Source: Candidatus Cloacimonadales bacterium (lineage in GTDB: Bacteria; Cloacimonadota; Cloacimonadia; Cloacimonadales; DAONDQ01). Taken from it: a DNA stretch of 64,000 bases. The stretch covers positions 1,376,001 through 1,440,000 of the forward strand of contig OY759316.1 of the NCBI GenBank assembly GCA_963662275.1. Direction: 5' to 3'. The position numbers and the translations under genes are program-made. This document shows positions 41,999-50,771 of the stretch, piece by piece. The stretch's first letter is position 1, and the number at the start of each line of letters is the position of its first letter. The notes under the pieces are model-generated. The model was not told the DNA's origin and searched no databases. It worked only from the letters and a program-made list of their open reading frames with translations.

Positions 41999-43435
41999 AT
42001 GAAAATATTTTATGTATTATCATTTCTGGTCTTGGCTTCAATTTTATCAGCAGGAACAGTCACTTTTCACACCGATAACGCTCTTGCTACCGGCTGGAGA
42101 ACATGGATGTTCGACTACACAGTTGATAATCCCTATACACCCCATTTAACCCCTGCTACAGTTCAACCTATTTTTGCTTTTGAAACGATGAGTTATGCGC
42201 ATCGCGGTTATCCTTTTATTCAAAATGGTATTCCTGTCACTAGTGCTGTGTCAAGTTCGCGACTAATCGCAAAGACAGCCTACCCCATCATCACAAGCAC
42301 TCTTCCTGATACAACCTTGCATTTGGAATATGGTGATTATTGTTCAGCTACTGATTTCCAGTTGGCAGCTCTTTGTAAGATCAATACGGTTAATCCCAAT
42401 TCTCCCTGGAGTACAACTGCCCAGGCTGGTGATACTCGTATTTATGGTGGAGCTACCATGAAGATTGTTCAAAGCCATGGTTCTGCTTCTACATATTATA
42501 CTACAACCAAAGTGACACTGACAGATTGCTGGTTCACTTCAACGGCTCCCTATCCATATAATATAGGTTCCGGAGCTGCCATTACAGGTTATGGCTGGGG
42601 CAAAATAGATCCTGCAAACAGTGATACAGATTGGATGACTCCTCTCAATTCAAATGATGGGTTTGTAGAATTTCAATATAGCTCCTTTTCTTCTGTTGTA
42701 CAAACTGCTTTTGGAGAATATGGAAATGATTGCATGTTGTATCCTGCAACAGTTAAAAGATATGCTCGTTTTGGTAGTGCAGGATCTTTACCTTCGCAAG
42801 TGAATTCATCAAGTTATAATGACATGATCCTGGATTTGACCGCGGGAAGTTACTACTATTATCCGTTTGATAGTTCACATCGTATGATGACAAATAGAAT
42901 CGCCGGGAATCCCATTGGCACTTTTCCCGGTTCTGTTGTAAAAGTGTATAATGGATGTTATTGGGAAGCAGGAACCACTTTTAATACATTTACAGGGAGT
43001 CTTACTTTTGATCTAAGTAATATTCCCGGTATCCAAACCCCTGCAAATTTAAGGATCATGCAAAGACAGACTGGATATGGGACATTTTTTAATGTCGTTC
43101 CATCCACTATTATCAGCACTAATCCATTGCGTTTGAGAGTGGATAATCTGAATGTCCTGGGTCAATTTGCTCTTGGTTCAACAGGTGGGAATAACCTGGA
43201 GATCAACACACCTTTACAGGTTACTGTAACTCATATCAGTGCTCCATCTGAGAGCGTACGCATTGACTGGGATCCAGTTTCTAGTGCAACACAATATCAC
43301 ATTTATTACTCTGATGAACCTTATGATATTCCTGCTCATTGGGGCCATCTGGCAACAGTTCCTGTATCTTCTACACATTATTCGCTGAATCCATCATATA
43401 GTAAGAAATTTTTCTATGTAACAGCAGAAAAATAA
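41999..43435 (+). CDS. Secreted hypothetical protein with a C-terminal FN3-like domain ending KKFFYVTAEK
   Basis: GGAGG RBS, signal peptide; the C-terminus resembles that of the 2743-aa protein. Confidence 0.8.
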   Translation: MKIFYVLSFLVLASILSAGTVTFHTDNALATGWRTWMFDYTVDNPYTPHLTPATVQPIFAFETMSYAHRGYPFIQNGIPVTSAVSSSRLIAKTAYPIITSTLPDTTLHLEYGDYCSATDFQLAALCKINTVNPNSPWSTTAQAGDTRIYGGATMKIVQSHGSASTYYTTTKVTLTDCWFTSTAPYPYNIGSGAAITGYGWGKIDPANSDTDWMTPLNSNDGFVEFQYSSFSSVVQTAFGEYGNDCMLYPATVKRYARFGSAGSLPSQVNSSSYNDMILDLTAGSYYYYPFDSSHRMMTNRIAGNPIGTFPGSVVKVYNGCYWEAGTTFNTFTGSLTFDLSNIPGIQTPANLRIMQRQTGYGTFFNVVPSTIISTNPLRLRVDNLNVLGQFALGSTGGNNLEINTPLQVTVTHISAPSESVRIDWDPVSSATQYHIYYSDEPYDIPAHWGHLATVPVSSTHYSLNPSYSKKFFYVTAEK

Positions 43436-43475
43436 TGAGATAATTAAGCGAATCAATATGCTTCACTATGCCATC

Positions 43476-43547
43476 GTAGAGACGCCCAACTGGGGCGTCT
43501 CTACGTTTTGCCTATTTTCATGAGACGCCCCAGTTGGGCGTCTCTAC
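43476..43547. repeat. Inverted pair of GTAG-type REP sequences
   Basis: GTAGAGACGCCCAACTGGGGCGTCTCTAC (43476-43504) and the reverse complement of its first 26 nt at 43522-43547. Confidence 0.9.
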
Positions 43548-43728
43548 CAAATTTTCTGATATATCATATCTACTTCTTTCAATTTGCACTTTCAATATTC
43601 AGTAACCAAACAGTATCCGAATAACATCCATACAGCATCCATTGGAAGTAAATGGACGATGTATTAATTCTCTAGTGAAAATGCATGTATTTTGAAATTT
43701 CAAAGAGGTATTTCTTTATTAGTTAATC

Positions 43729-44100
43729 TGTGAAAAAAAGTAGTCAAGAAATCTTGGAGTCCAAATCGTCAGGTCAGGATTTACCTATTTACTCTATATA
43801 ATAGGAGATTCGGACTTCAAGATTTCGTACACGTAAGTATTTAGAATTAAATAAGTATTATGCAAAATTGACGCTTTCTTGAAATTCCTAGAAAACGATT
43901 TTCGCTGCCGAGGATGAGAGGTCGATTTTGAAGTCCGAATTTCCTATTACTTGAGAAATCGCAGTAGATTCGATGGAAATTTGAACTCCAAACTCTTAGC
44001 TTTCATATAAATTCCGAAATTCCCTGTTTGATTAATTGAGTTTTGATAATTTTCGAAGGGGATTTGGGACTCCAGGTCGCTCATAAGACTTTTTTCCACA
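43729..44100. repeat. 372-bp non-coding element with TGT...ACA imperfect inverted ends and internal repeated sites
   Basis: Ends match 12/13 at positions 1-13 and 9/10 at positions 25-34; about five copies of TG[AG]AGTCC[AG]AAT-like sites in both orientations. Confidence 0.6.
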
Positions 44101-44238
44101 GAGTCTTAATAAATAATCTTAAATTCTTCAGAATTTCTTATTCTGTAAGCTATAACCCGGATGCAAATTCTCCTTGACTAATAAGTTATCAATACAATAG
44201 GCATTTAAACAGAAAAATATTAATAATTTGGAGGAAAA

Positions 44239-45957
44239 ATGAAAAACAAATGGATTTTCATCGTAATTATTATCCTGCTAGGTTTATGGGGAATGACATA
44301 TTGGGCTGCACACAGTTTTCTCAAGACAATGAAAGCATCGCAATCAGTAAATATTCCACAAGGTTCTTATCTGGTTTTAAAGCTGAACGGTCAGATCCCA
44401 GAATTCTCGCAAATCTCCATGGGTATTTTCGGGCAAGAACAGACGAGTGCTTTTGAAATCAAACAAAAAATACTCAAGGCAGCATTTGATAATCGCATCA
44501 AAGGGATCATACTTGAACCGAGTGGGGTTATCATGGGATATTCCACGGCTCATGAGATAAGGTCAGCCTTGGATAAATTTAGGACGAAAGGTAAGAAAGT
44601 ATATGCTTATCTGCAAATGGGAGCAACTAAGGATTATTACCTTTGTGCAGGTTCAGATAAGATTTTCATGAATCCATCTGAATCAGGAGGAATTCTATTT
44701 ACTGGAGTTGGAGCAAATCTTACTTTGATGAAGGATTTCCTGGATAAGATAGGGGTCACTTTGTATGTAGCCCAGGCAGGTAAATTTAAAGGTTATACAG
44801 ATTTATACACAAAAAGTACACTTTCTACTGACTTACGAAATGATCTAACAATTCTTTTTGGAGATGTGTACGAGAGATTGACTTCGGACTTGGCAAAAAA
44901 GAGAAATCTCTCCGAAGAGAAGATGAAATGGATCTTTGAAAAGAGAGAGGATATCTTCATGACAGGAAAGATAGCTAAGTCATATGGGCTTGTAGATTCT
45001 CTGATCTATGAAGATGATTTGTTCTCCTCTTTGAACATCTCAAAAGAAAAGCGTATTTCGATCAATAATTACCAGATTTACCTGAAACCGCAATTGGGTG
45101 AGAAAATTGCCATTATCTATTTAAACGGATCAATTATGCCCAGTAATGGAAATTGGACATCACAAACGATCAATGCCAAGGATTTTAGGGAAACACTAAA
45201 ACAAGTGACAGATGATTCGAATGTGAAGGCGATAGTATTGAGAATCAACAGCCCTGGTGGTTCTTCACTGGAATCAGATATTATTCTGAATCAACTCAGG
45301 AAAGTTAGGAGTATTCCTATTGTGATCTCCATGGGTGATGTGGATGCTTCAGGAGGATATTATATCAGCACAATAGGCAAATATATTTTTGCTGATCCCT
45401 ATACGATTACAGGTTCAATCGGTGTTGTGGCTATGATACCCAAATTTGATAGACTTGGGAAGAAGATAGGAGTTCATTCAGAATCAATCTCCTTCGGTAA
45501 ATTTACCGATATCTATGATCCATGGAGTCCATTGAATCCTGAATCTATGGGTGCTTTACAGAGAAGCACAGAAAGCATATATTCAGAATTCAAAAACTAT
45601 GTGGGAAATAGCAGAAAATTAACACCGGATGAAGTTGAAGCTGTTGCCCAGGGACAGGCTTGGTCTGCGGAAAGAGCAAAAAAAATTAAGCTTGTGGATG
45701 AGGTTGGAACATTGGAAGATGCGATCAAGAAAGCTGCTGACTTAGCAAAGATGAAAGAAATCAATGTCGTATATTATCCAAAACAGAAGTCAATCCTTGA
45801 TGTCATTTTAAACGAGAAACTGAATCAAGGTGCATTCAGTTCATTATTGCAACATGCTATGGCAAAAGAACTTGGAACAGAGCACGCTCTTCAGTATAAA
45901 GACATGTTCCTGTCTCAACCACTCCAAATGATCTTGCCTTTTATCCCAGAATATTAA
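44239..45957 (+). CDS. sppA: Signal peptide peptidase, long form
   Basis: Two S49 domains; LRINSPGGS, SMGDVDASGGYY, TITGSIGV. Confidence 0.95.
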   Translation: MKNKWIFIVIIILLGLWGMTYWAAHSFLKTMKASQSVNIPQGSYLVLKLNGQIPEFSQISMGIFGQEQTSAFEIKQKILKAAFDNRIKGIILEPSGVIMGYSTAHEIRSALDKFRTKGKKVYAYLQMGATKDYYLCAGSDKIFMNPSESGGILFTGVGANLTLMKDFLDKIGVTLYVAQAGKFKGYTDLYTKSTLSTDLRNDLTILFGDVYERLTSDLAKKRNLSEEKMKWIFEKREDIFMTGKIAKSYGLVDSLIYEDDLFSSLNISKEKRISINNYQIYLKPQLGEKIAIIYLNGSIMPSNGNWTSQTINAKDFRETLKQVTDDSNVKAIVLRINSPGGSSLESDIILNQLRKVRSIPIVISMGDVDASGGYYISTIGKYIFADPYTITGSIGVVAMIPKFDRLGKKIGVHSESISFGKFTDIYDPWSPLNPESMGALQRSTESIYSEFKNYVGNSRKLTPDEVEAVAQGQAWSAERAKKIKLVDEVGTLEDAIKKAADLAKMKEINVVYYPKQKSILDVILNEKLNQGAFSSLLQHAMAKELGTEHALQYKDMFLSQPLQMILPFIPEY

Positions 45958-46127
45958 CCAATTCATATTGTATAAAAAAGAAAGTTGAAATTAACCTGAG
46001 ATAAGGTTATATTGTTATAAAGCAGTTAAGTATGAAACCTGGTATTTGGAAGAAATAGGGGAATTTACTTGACCCTTGCTTTGAATATTTGAAAATGACA
46101 TTATCGTATGTATAAGGAAAATTAACC

Positions 46128-47630
46128 ATGTTGAATGAGATAATCATAAATATTCATCCTTTTGAGAAGAGGGTGGCAATTCTAGAAGATGGCAAACTAG
46201 TTGAGCTATTTGTAGAAAAAAAGAACAAACAGAATGTTGTAGGAAACATCTATAAAGGTATCGTAAAAGATGTACTTCCAGGGATGGGAGCAGCTTTTAT
46301 CGATGTCGGACTGGAAAGAACTGCATTTCTGCATTATTCAGATATCGTCGTTGACTTTCTGGATTATTTTGATGCAGAACAACCTCGTCATCATCGCTTT
46401 GGTGATTCATCCAAAATCGGTGAATTATTAAAACCGGGACAGGAAATTATCGTCCAGGTTCATAAAGGTCCTATTGGCAATAAAGGGGCGCGGCTCACGG
46501 GTCAGATTTCAATACCGGGTAAGTACCTAGTTTTCTTTCCTAATAAGAATAAGATTGCCATTTCCCGTAAAATAGCATCTTCAAATGAAAAAGCAAGGAT
46601 TAAGGGAATCTTAAGTGCCATTAAGGATGAAAATGTAGGTTTGATCGTGAGAACTGAATCAGAGGGAAGCTCAGAAGAAGATTTTACCAACGAATACCAT
46701 GCCCTGGCTAAGACTTGGAGATTGGTGGAAAAGCAACTTAAATTTGTGAAACCACCTGAATGCGTATTCGACGAAAATGACTTAGCGAATACATTAATAC
46801 GCGATCTATTTTCGAGTCATGTGGATCGTCTGGTTGTTGATAGTAAACAATTTGTGAAAACACTCAACTCACAATTAGAAGATGCAGCCCCGGAATTGAT
46901 GGAAAGAGTGGAACTCTACCAGGAAGATTCTCCAATTTTTGATGCTTTTGGCATAGAGAAGAAAATAGAAACTATCTTTCAATCACGATTATATTTACCT
47001 AGCGGTGGAAATATCCGTATTGAGCAGACAGAAGCTCTGGTTGCCGTGGATGTGAATACCGGAAGTTTTACCGGTCATTCTAATTATGAAGAAACTGTAA
47101 AGAAGACGAATATAGAAGCTGCAGTTGAAATAGCCAGGCAGATCAGGCTTCGTGATTTAAGTGGAATCATGGTCTTGGATTTTATTGACATGGCTCACGA
47201 TACCAGTAGGGAAGAAGTGATCAATATTCTCCGTAGAGAATTAAGACGCGATCGTGCTAAGAATAAAGTATATCCTTTCGGACCATTAGGACTTGTGGAA
47301 GTGACAAGAAAACGGATGCGTCCATCGCTTGTCCTGAGCTATTCTGAACCTTGTCCTCATTGTAATGGAACTGGGAAAAATCTATCACGGGATGCAGTTG
47401 TAATGAGGATACACAGGTGGCTTAGCCGTTCGGAGTATTTTATTGGCAATATGAATGTACGGGTAATTGTACATCCGAATGTGCGAAAATTCTTACTAGA
47501 TCATCCTGATTATATGAGCAGCTTTAAGAATCGTGTAGAATTTGTGACAGATGAAAACTTAAAGTCAGATCAGTTCAAGGTCTATCCCCAGGGGGATGAA
47601 AAAGAAATTACGAATAAATATAATCCTTGA
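46128..47630 (+). CDS. Rne/Rng family ribonuclease (RNase G-sized)
   Basis: GNIYKG..VLPGMGAAFID, KGARLT, VDVNTG, RQIRLRDLSG..DFIDM, CPHCNGTG. Confidence 0.95.
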   Translation: MLNEIIINIHPFEKRVAILEDGKLVELFVEKKNKQNVVGNIYKGIVKDVLPGMGAAFIDVGLERTAFLHYSDIVVDFLDYFDAEQPRHHRFGDSSKIGELLKPGQEIIVQVHKGPIGNKGARLTGQISIPGKYLVFFPNKNKIAISRKIASSNEKARIKGILSAIKDENVGLIVRTESEGSSEEDFTNEYHALAKTWRLVEKQLKFVKPPECVFDENDLANTLIRDLFSSHVDRLVVDSKQFVKTLNSQLEDAAPELMERVELYQEDSPIFDAFGIEKKIETIFQSRLYLPSGGNIRIEQTEALVAVDVNTGSFTGHSNYEETVKKTNIEAAVEIARQIRLRDLSGIMVLDFIDMAHDTSREEVINILRRELRRDRAKNKVYPFGPLGLVEVTRKRMRPSLVLSYSEPCPHCNGTGKNLSRDAVVMRIHRWLSRSEYFIGNMNVRVIVHPNVRKFLLDHPDYMSSFKNRVEFVTDENLKSDQFKVYPQGDEKEITNKYNP

Positions 47631-47695
47631 CACGGAAGACCTCCTAAAATGCAGTGTCTAAACCTTGAAGTGAGTTTTAGAGAAGGAGTATAGAA

Positions 47696-48010
47696 ATGTA
47701 CGCGATTGTTGATTTTAAAGGCGTTCAATTAAAAGTTGAAAAAGATACCTTAATTAAAGTTCCATACTTAGGTGAATTGGAAGTAGGGACACGAATTGAG
47801 ATGGACAAAGTATTGATGATTCGTAATGATAGTGATATCGAAATTGGTCAGCCATTAGTTCTTGAAGCGAAAGTAATCGCTGAATTTGTGATGAATGGAA
47901 AAGACGATAAGATCATTATTTTCCATAAGAAGAGACGTAAAGGCTATGCCAAAAAGAATGGTCATCGCCAGCGTTTTTCACAGATCAAGATCTCTGAAAT
48001 TAAGAATTAA
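47696..48010 (+). CDS. rplU: 50S ribosomal protein L21
   Basis: MYAIV..G.Q.KV, KKRRKGY..GHRQ. Confidence 0.97.
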   Translation: MYAIVDFKGVQLKVEKDTLIKVPYLGELEVGTRIEMDKVLMIRNDSDIEIGQPLVLEAKVIAEFVMNGKDDKIIIFHKKRRKGYAKKNGHRQRFSQIKISEIKN

Positions 48011-48027
48011 ATAGAGGGGATAGCAGC

Positions 48028-48291
48028 ATGGCACATAAAAAAGGTGTAGGAAGCAGTCGTAATGGAAGAGATAGTAATCCCCAGTATCTGGGTGTAAAAA
48101 AATACGGCAGCGAAGTAGTGAGAGCTGGAAATATTATTATTCGCCAAAAAGGCACAAAGTTCAAAGTTGGAAACAACGTTGGTCTTGGCAGAGATTATAC
48201 GATTTTTGCCTTAATTGATGGCTTTGTAAAATTTGAAACAAAAAAGGCAGGAAGAAAGTACGTCAGTGTATATCCAACATTGGAAGCCTAA
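48028..48291 (+). CDS. rpmA: 50S ribosomal protein L27
   Basis: [16 protein letters not shown]. Confidence 0.98.
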   Translation: MAHKKGVGSSRNGRDSNPQYLGVKKYGSEVVRAGNIIIRQKGTKFKVGNNVGLGRDYTIFALIDGFVKFETKKAGRKYVSVYPTLEA

Positions 48292-48310
48292 GCCTGCCGA
48301 GAGTTATATG

Positions 48311-48337
48311 AGCGCCCTCTAACGAGGGCGTTTTTTT
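48311..48337 (+). terminator. Intrinsic terminator after rpmA
   Basis: gcgccctc-taac-gagggcgt followed by a T run. Confidence 0.85.
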
Positions 48338-48399
48338 ATTGACGAATATAATTGTATTTAGGAACGATGTAATATTAGATTTGAATCATAGGAGGAAGT

Positions 48400-48795
48400 A
48401 TGAAAGTCGTTCATTCCACGGATGTGAAACTTGAAGATGTCAATGTTGAAGGTTCTTCTTATACAAAGATCAGGTGGTTAATTGCCCAGAATGATAGTGC
48501 TCCAAATTTTGCTATGCGTTTATTTGAGATTGCACCCGGAGGTCATACTCCATTTCATAAACATGATTGGGAACATGAAGTGTATGTAGTGGAAGGAACC
48601 GGTAAGCTGGTTTTTGAAGATGGAGAACAGGCTTTTGTGGCTCACGATGCCATATATGTCGATCCCAATCAAATGCACCAGTTTCAGAATACAGGTGAAA
48701 CAACGATGAAGTTTCTATGTATGATTCCTCATGAAAAACCTGTGGTAAAAAAAACGGTGAACCCGTTTGCTGGCGGTAAAGCAAATAACTGCTAA
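48400..48795 (+). CDS. Cupin domain protein
   Basis: PGGHTPFHKHDWEHEVYVVEG ... HQFQNTG. Confidence 0.92.
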   Translation: MKVVHSTDVKLEDVNVEGSSYTKIRWLIAQNDSAPNFAMRLFEIAPGGHTPFHKHDWEHEVYVVEGTGKLVFEDGEQAFVAHDAIYVDPNQMHQFQNTGETTMKFLCMIPHEKPVVKKTVNPFAGGKANNC

Positions 48796-48918
48796 CAATC
48801 GATACTTGGTATATAGACAGATGTTATGGACAAATCAATAAGTCATCATCTGTACAAAAGCAAATTATGCTGATTATATTGATATCAAAAGAATAAGTAT
48901 ATTTTTCAGGGAGATTTC

Positions 48919-49995
48919 ATGGAAACGAAAAACATCGAATTTTTCAAACAGCTAACATCTACTCCCAGTCCTTCAGGGAACGAAGAAAAAGCACAAAGGA
49001 TTTTCCTCAATTTTACGAAGACATATGCTGATGAAGTGAAGACTGATATCAATGGAAATGCTGCCGCTGTTCATTACGGTACTTCTCATAAAACGACTCC
49101 ATACAATGTCATGTTGAGCGGACATGCTGATGAAATTGGCCTTATGGTTTCACATATAGATGAAAATGGATATCTTTATGCACGTATTATCGGAGGAATA
49201 GATATCACACTTTTACCTGGACTTCGACTCGATATTCATCATGATGATATGGTTGTGAGAGCGATTGTAGGTAGGAAACCCATACATATGCTTCGTGACT
49301 CAGAAGAATCTAAACCGAAGATAGAAGACCTTTGGCTCGATATTGGCGCTAAAGATAAGGAAGATGCTCTTCAGAAGGTGGCAATTGGTGATGTCATCAC
49401 TTATGTTCCTAACTTTGAGCATTTAACCGATGATCTGATTGTAAGTAAAGGAACTGATAATAAGGCAGGTGTTTTTGTTGCTGCGATGGTAATGTCTCTT
49501 TTGCACAAAAACAGGAAGATCTATCCTGATGTATATGCTGTCTCAACAGTTGGAGAAGAGGTAGGCGCTAAAGGTGCCAAAACAAGCTCTTTCGACATCA
49601 AACCAATTATCGCACTAGCTCTCGATGTAACATTTGTATCTGATCACCCCGGTGTAGATAAGCGTACTTTTGGAGAAGTTGGATTGGGCAAAGGTCCTGT
49701 ACTGACCATTGGTTCTATGATCAATAAAAAAGTACTAGCGCTTTTAAAGAAAACGGCAGAAGAAGAAGCAATTCCTATACAGTTTGAGATATCTCCCACT
49801 CGTTCAGGAACAGATGGAGATGTGATTCATAATAATCTAGCCGGTATTGCTTTAGCAATTATCAGTATTCCTAATCGTTATATGCATACCCCCAATGAAA
49901 TAGTATCATTGAGTGATCTGGAAAATGCAGCTAAATTGATAGCAGGATTCTTGAAACGTCTTGGACCTGGCTTCAATCCTGATCCCATACAATAG
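48919..49995 (+). CDS. M42 family metallo-aminopeptidase
   Basis: PSPSGNE, GHADEIG, DNKAG, EEVG, DVT, GTD, RYMHTPNE. Confidence 0.93.
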   Translation: METKNIEFFKQLTSTPSPSGNEEKAQRIFLNFTKTYADEVKTDINGNAAAVHYGTSHKTTPYNVMLSGHADEIGLMVSHIDENGYLYARIIGGIDITLLPGLRLDIHHDDMVVRAIVGRKPIHMLRDSEESKPKIEDLWLDIGAKDKEDALQKVAIGDVITYVPNFEHLTDDLIVSKGTDNKAGVFVAAMVMSLLHKNRKIYPDVYAVSTVGEEVGAKGAKTSSFDIKPIIALALDVTFVSDHPGVDKRTFGEVGLGKGPVLTIGSMINKKVLALLKKTAEEEAIPIQFEISPTRSGTDGDVIHNNLAGIALAIISIPNRYMHTPNEIVSLSDLENAAKLIAGFLKRLGPGFNPDPIQ

Positions 49996-50006
49996 GTGAA
50001 ATACAG

Positions 50007-50771
50007 ATGATTGTTGTTGATCACCTGGTGAAGGAATTCCAGCAAAAAAATGGAGAGATGATGCGTGCCGTTGATGATCTCTCTTTTACCGCAAAACACA
50101 ATGAAGTCGTCTGCCTACTCGGGGTTAATGGTGCAGGTAAAACTACAACGATGCGTATCCTGTCCACGGTTTTCATGCCTTCTAGTGGCACAGCAACAAT
50201 AGAAGGTTATGATGTGAAAACTCAAGCGCAAAGAGTACGTGAGAACCTGGGATTCCTATCTGGGGATACCGGTTTATATGCCAAATTATCTGTGAAGGAG
50301 ATACTTAGTTATTTTGGTGATCTGTATGATGTTCCACGCAATACTTCAGATCAGCGTATTCACGATATGGCTAATCTCCTGGATATGAATGAATTTTTAG
50401 ACAAGAAGATCGAGTTCCTTTCAACAGGGATGAAACAAAAAGTCTCAATTGTTCGTTCCGTCATTCATAATCCACCCACAATGATACTTGATGAACCCAC
50501 AGCAGGACTAGATATTCTTACTGCTCGTAATATCGTTACTTTTATGCGCAGATGTCGGGAAGATGGGAAATGTGTGTTATTTTCCACACATATTATGAGA
50601 GAAGCAGAACGACTTGCTGATAAAATCATAATGGTTCACAAGGGAAAACTGCTAGCTGAAGGACCTCTTGAGCAATTACGTGATATGGCATCTCTACGTG
50701 ATTTGGATGATATCTTTATTTTCTTTGTCAATCAATCGAATGAGGATGAGGTTCACCAGCATGAATTTTAG
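50007..50771 (+). CDS. ABC ATP-binding protein (NatA-like)
   Basis: GVNGAGKTT, LSTGMKQK, LDEPTAGLD. Confidence 0.9.
   Translation: MIVVDHLVKEFQQKNGEMMRAVDDLSFTAKHNEVVCLLGVNGAGKTTTMRILSTVFMPSSGTATIEGYDVKTQAQRVRENLGFLSGDTGLYAKLSVKEILSYFGDLYDVPRNTSDQRIHDMANLLDMNEFLDKKIEFLSTGMKQKVSIVRSVIHNPPTMILDEPTAGLDILTARNIVTFMRRCREDGKCVLFSTHIMREAERLADKIIMVHKGKLLAEGPLEQLRDMASLRDLDDIFIFFVNQSNEDEVHQHEF

Noticed and set aside
43841..43868. dif site
   Set aside because: The right arm TTATGCAAAAT resembles XerD, but there is no acceptable XerC arm at 6-bp spacing.
48011..48027. Prp (YsxB) protease gene between rplU and rpmA
   Set aside because: The gap is only 17 nt and L27 lacks the N-terminal extension; this is the ordinary arrangement.
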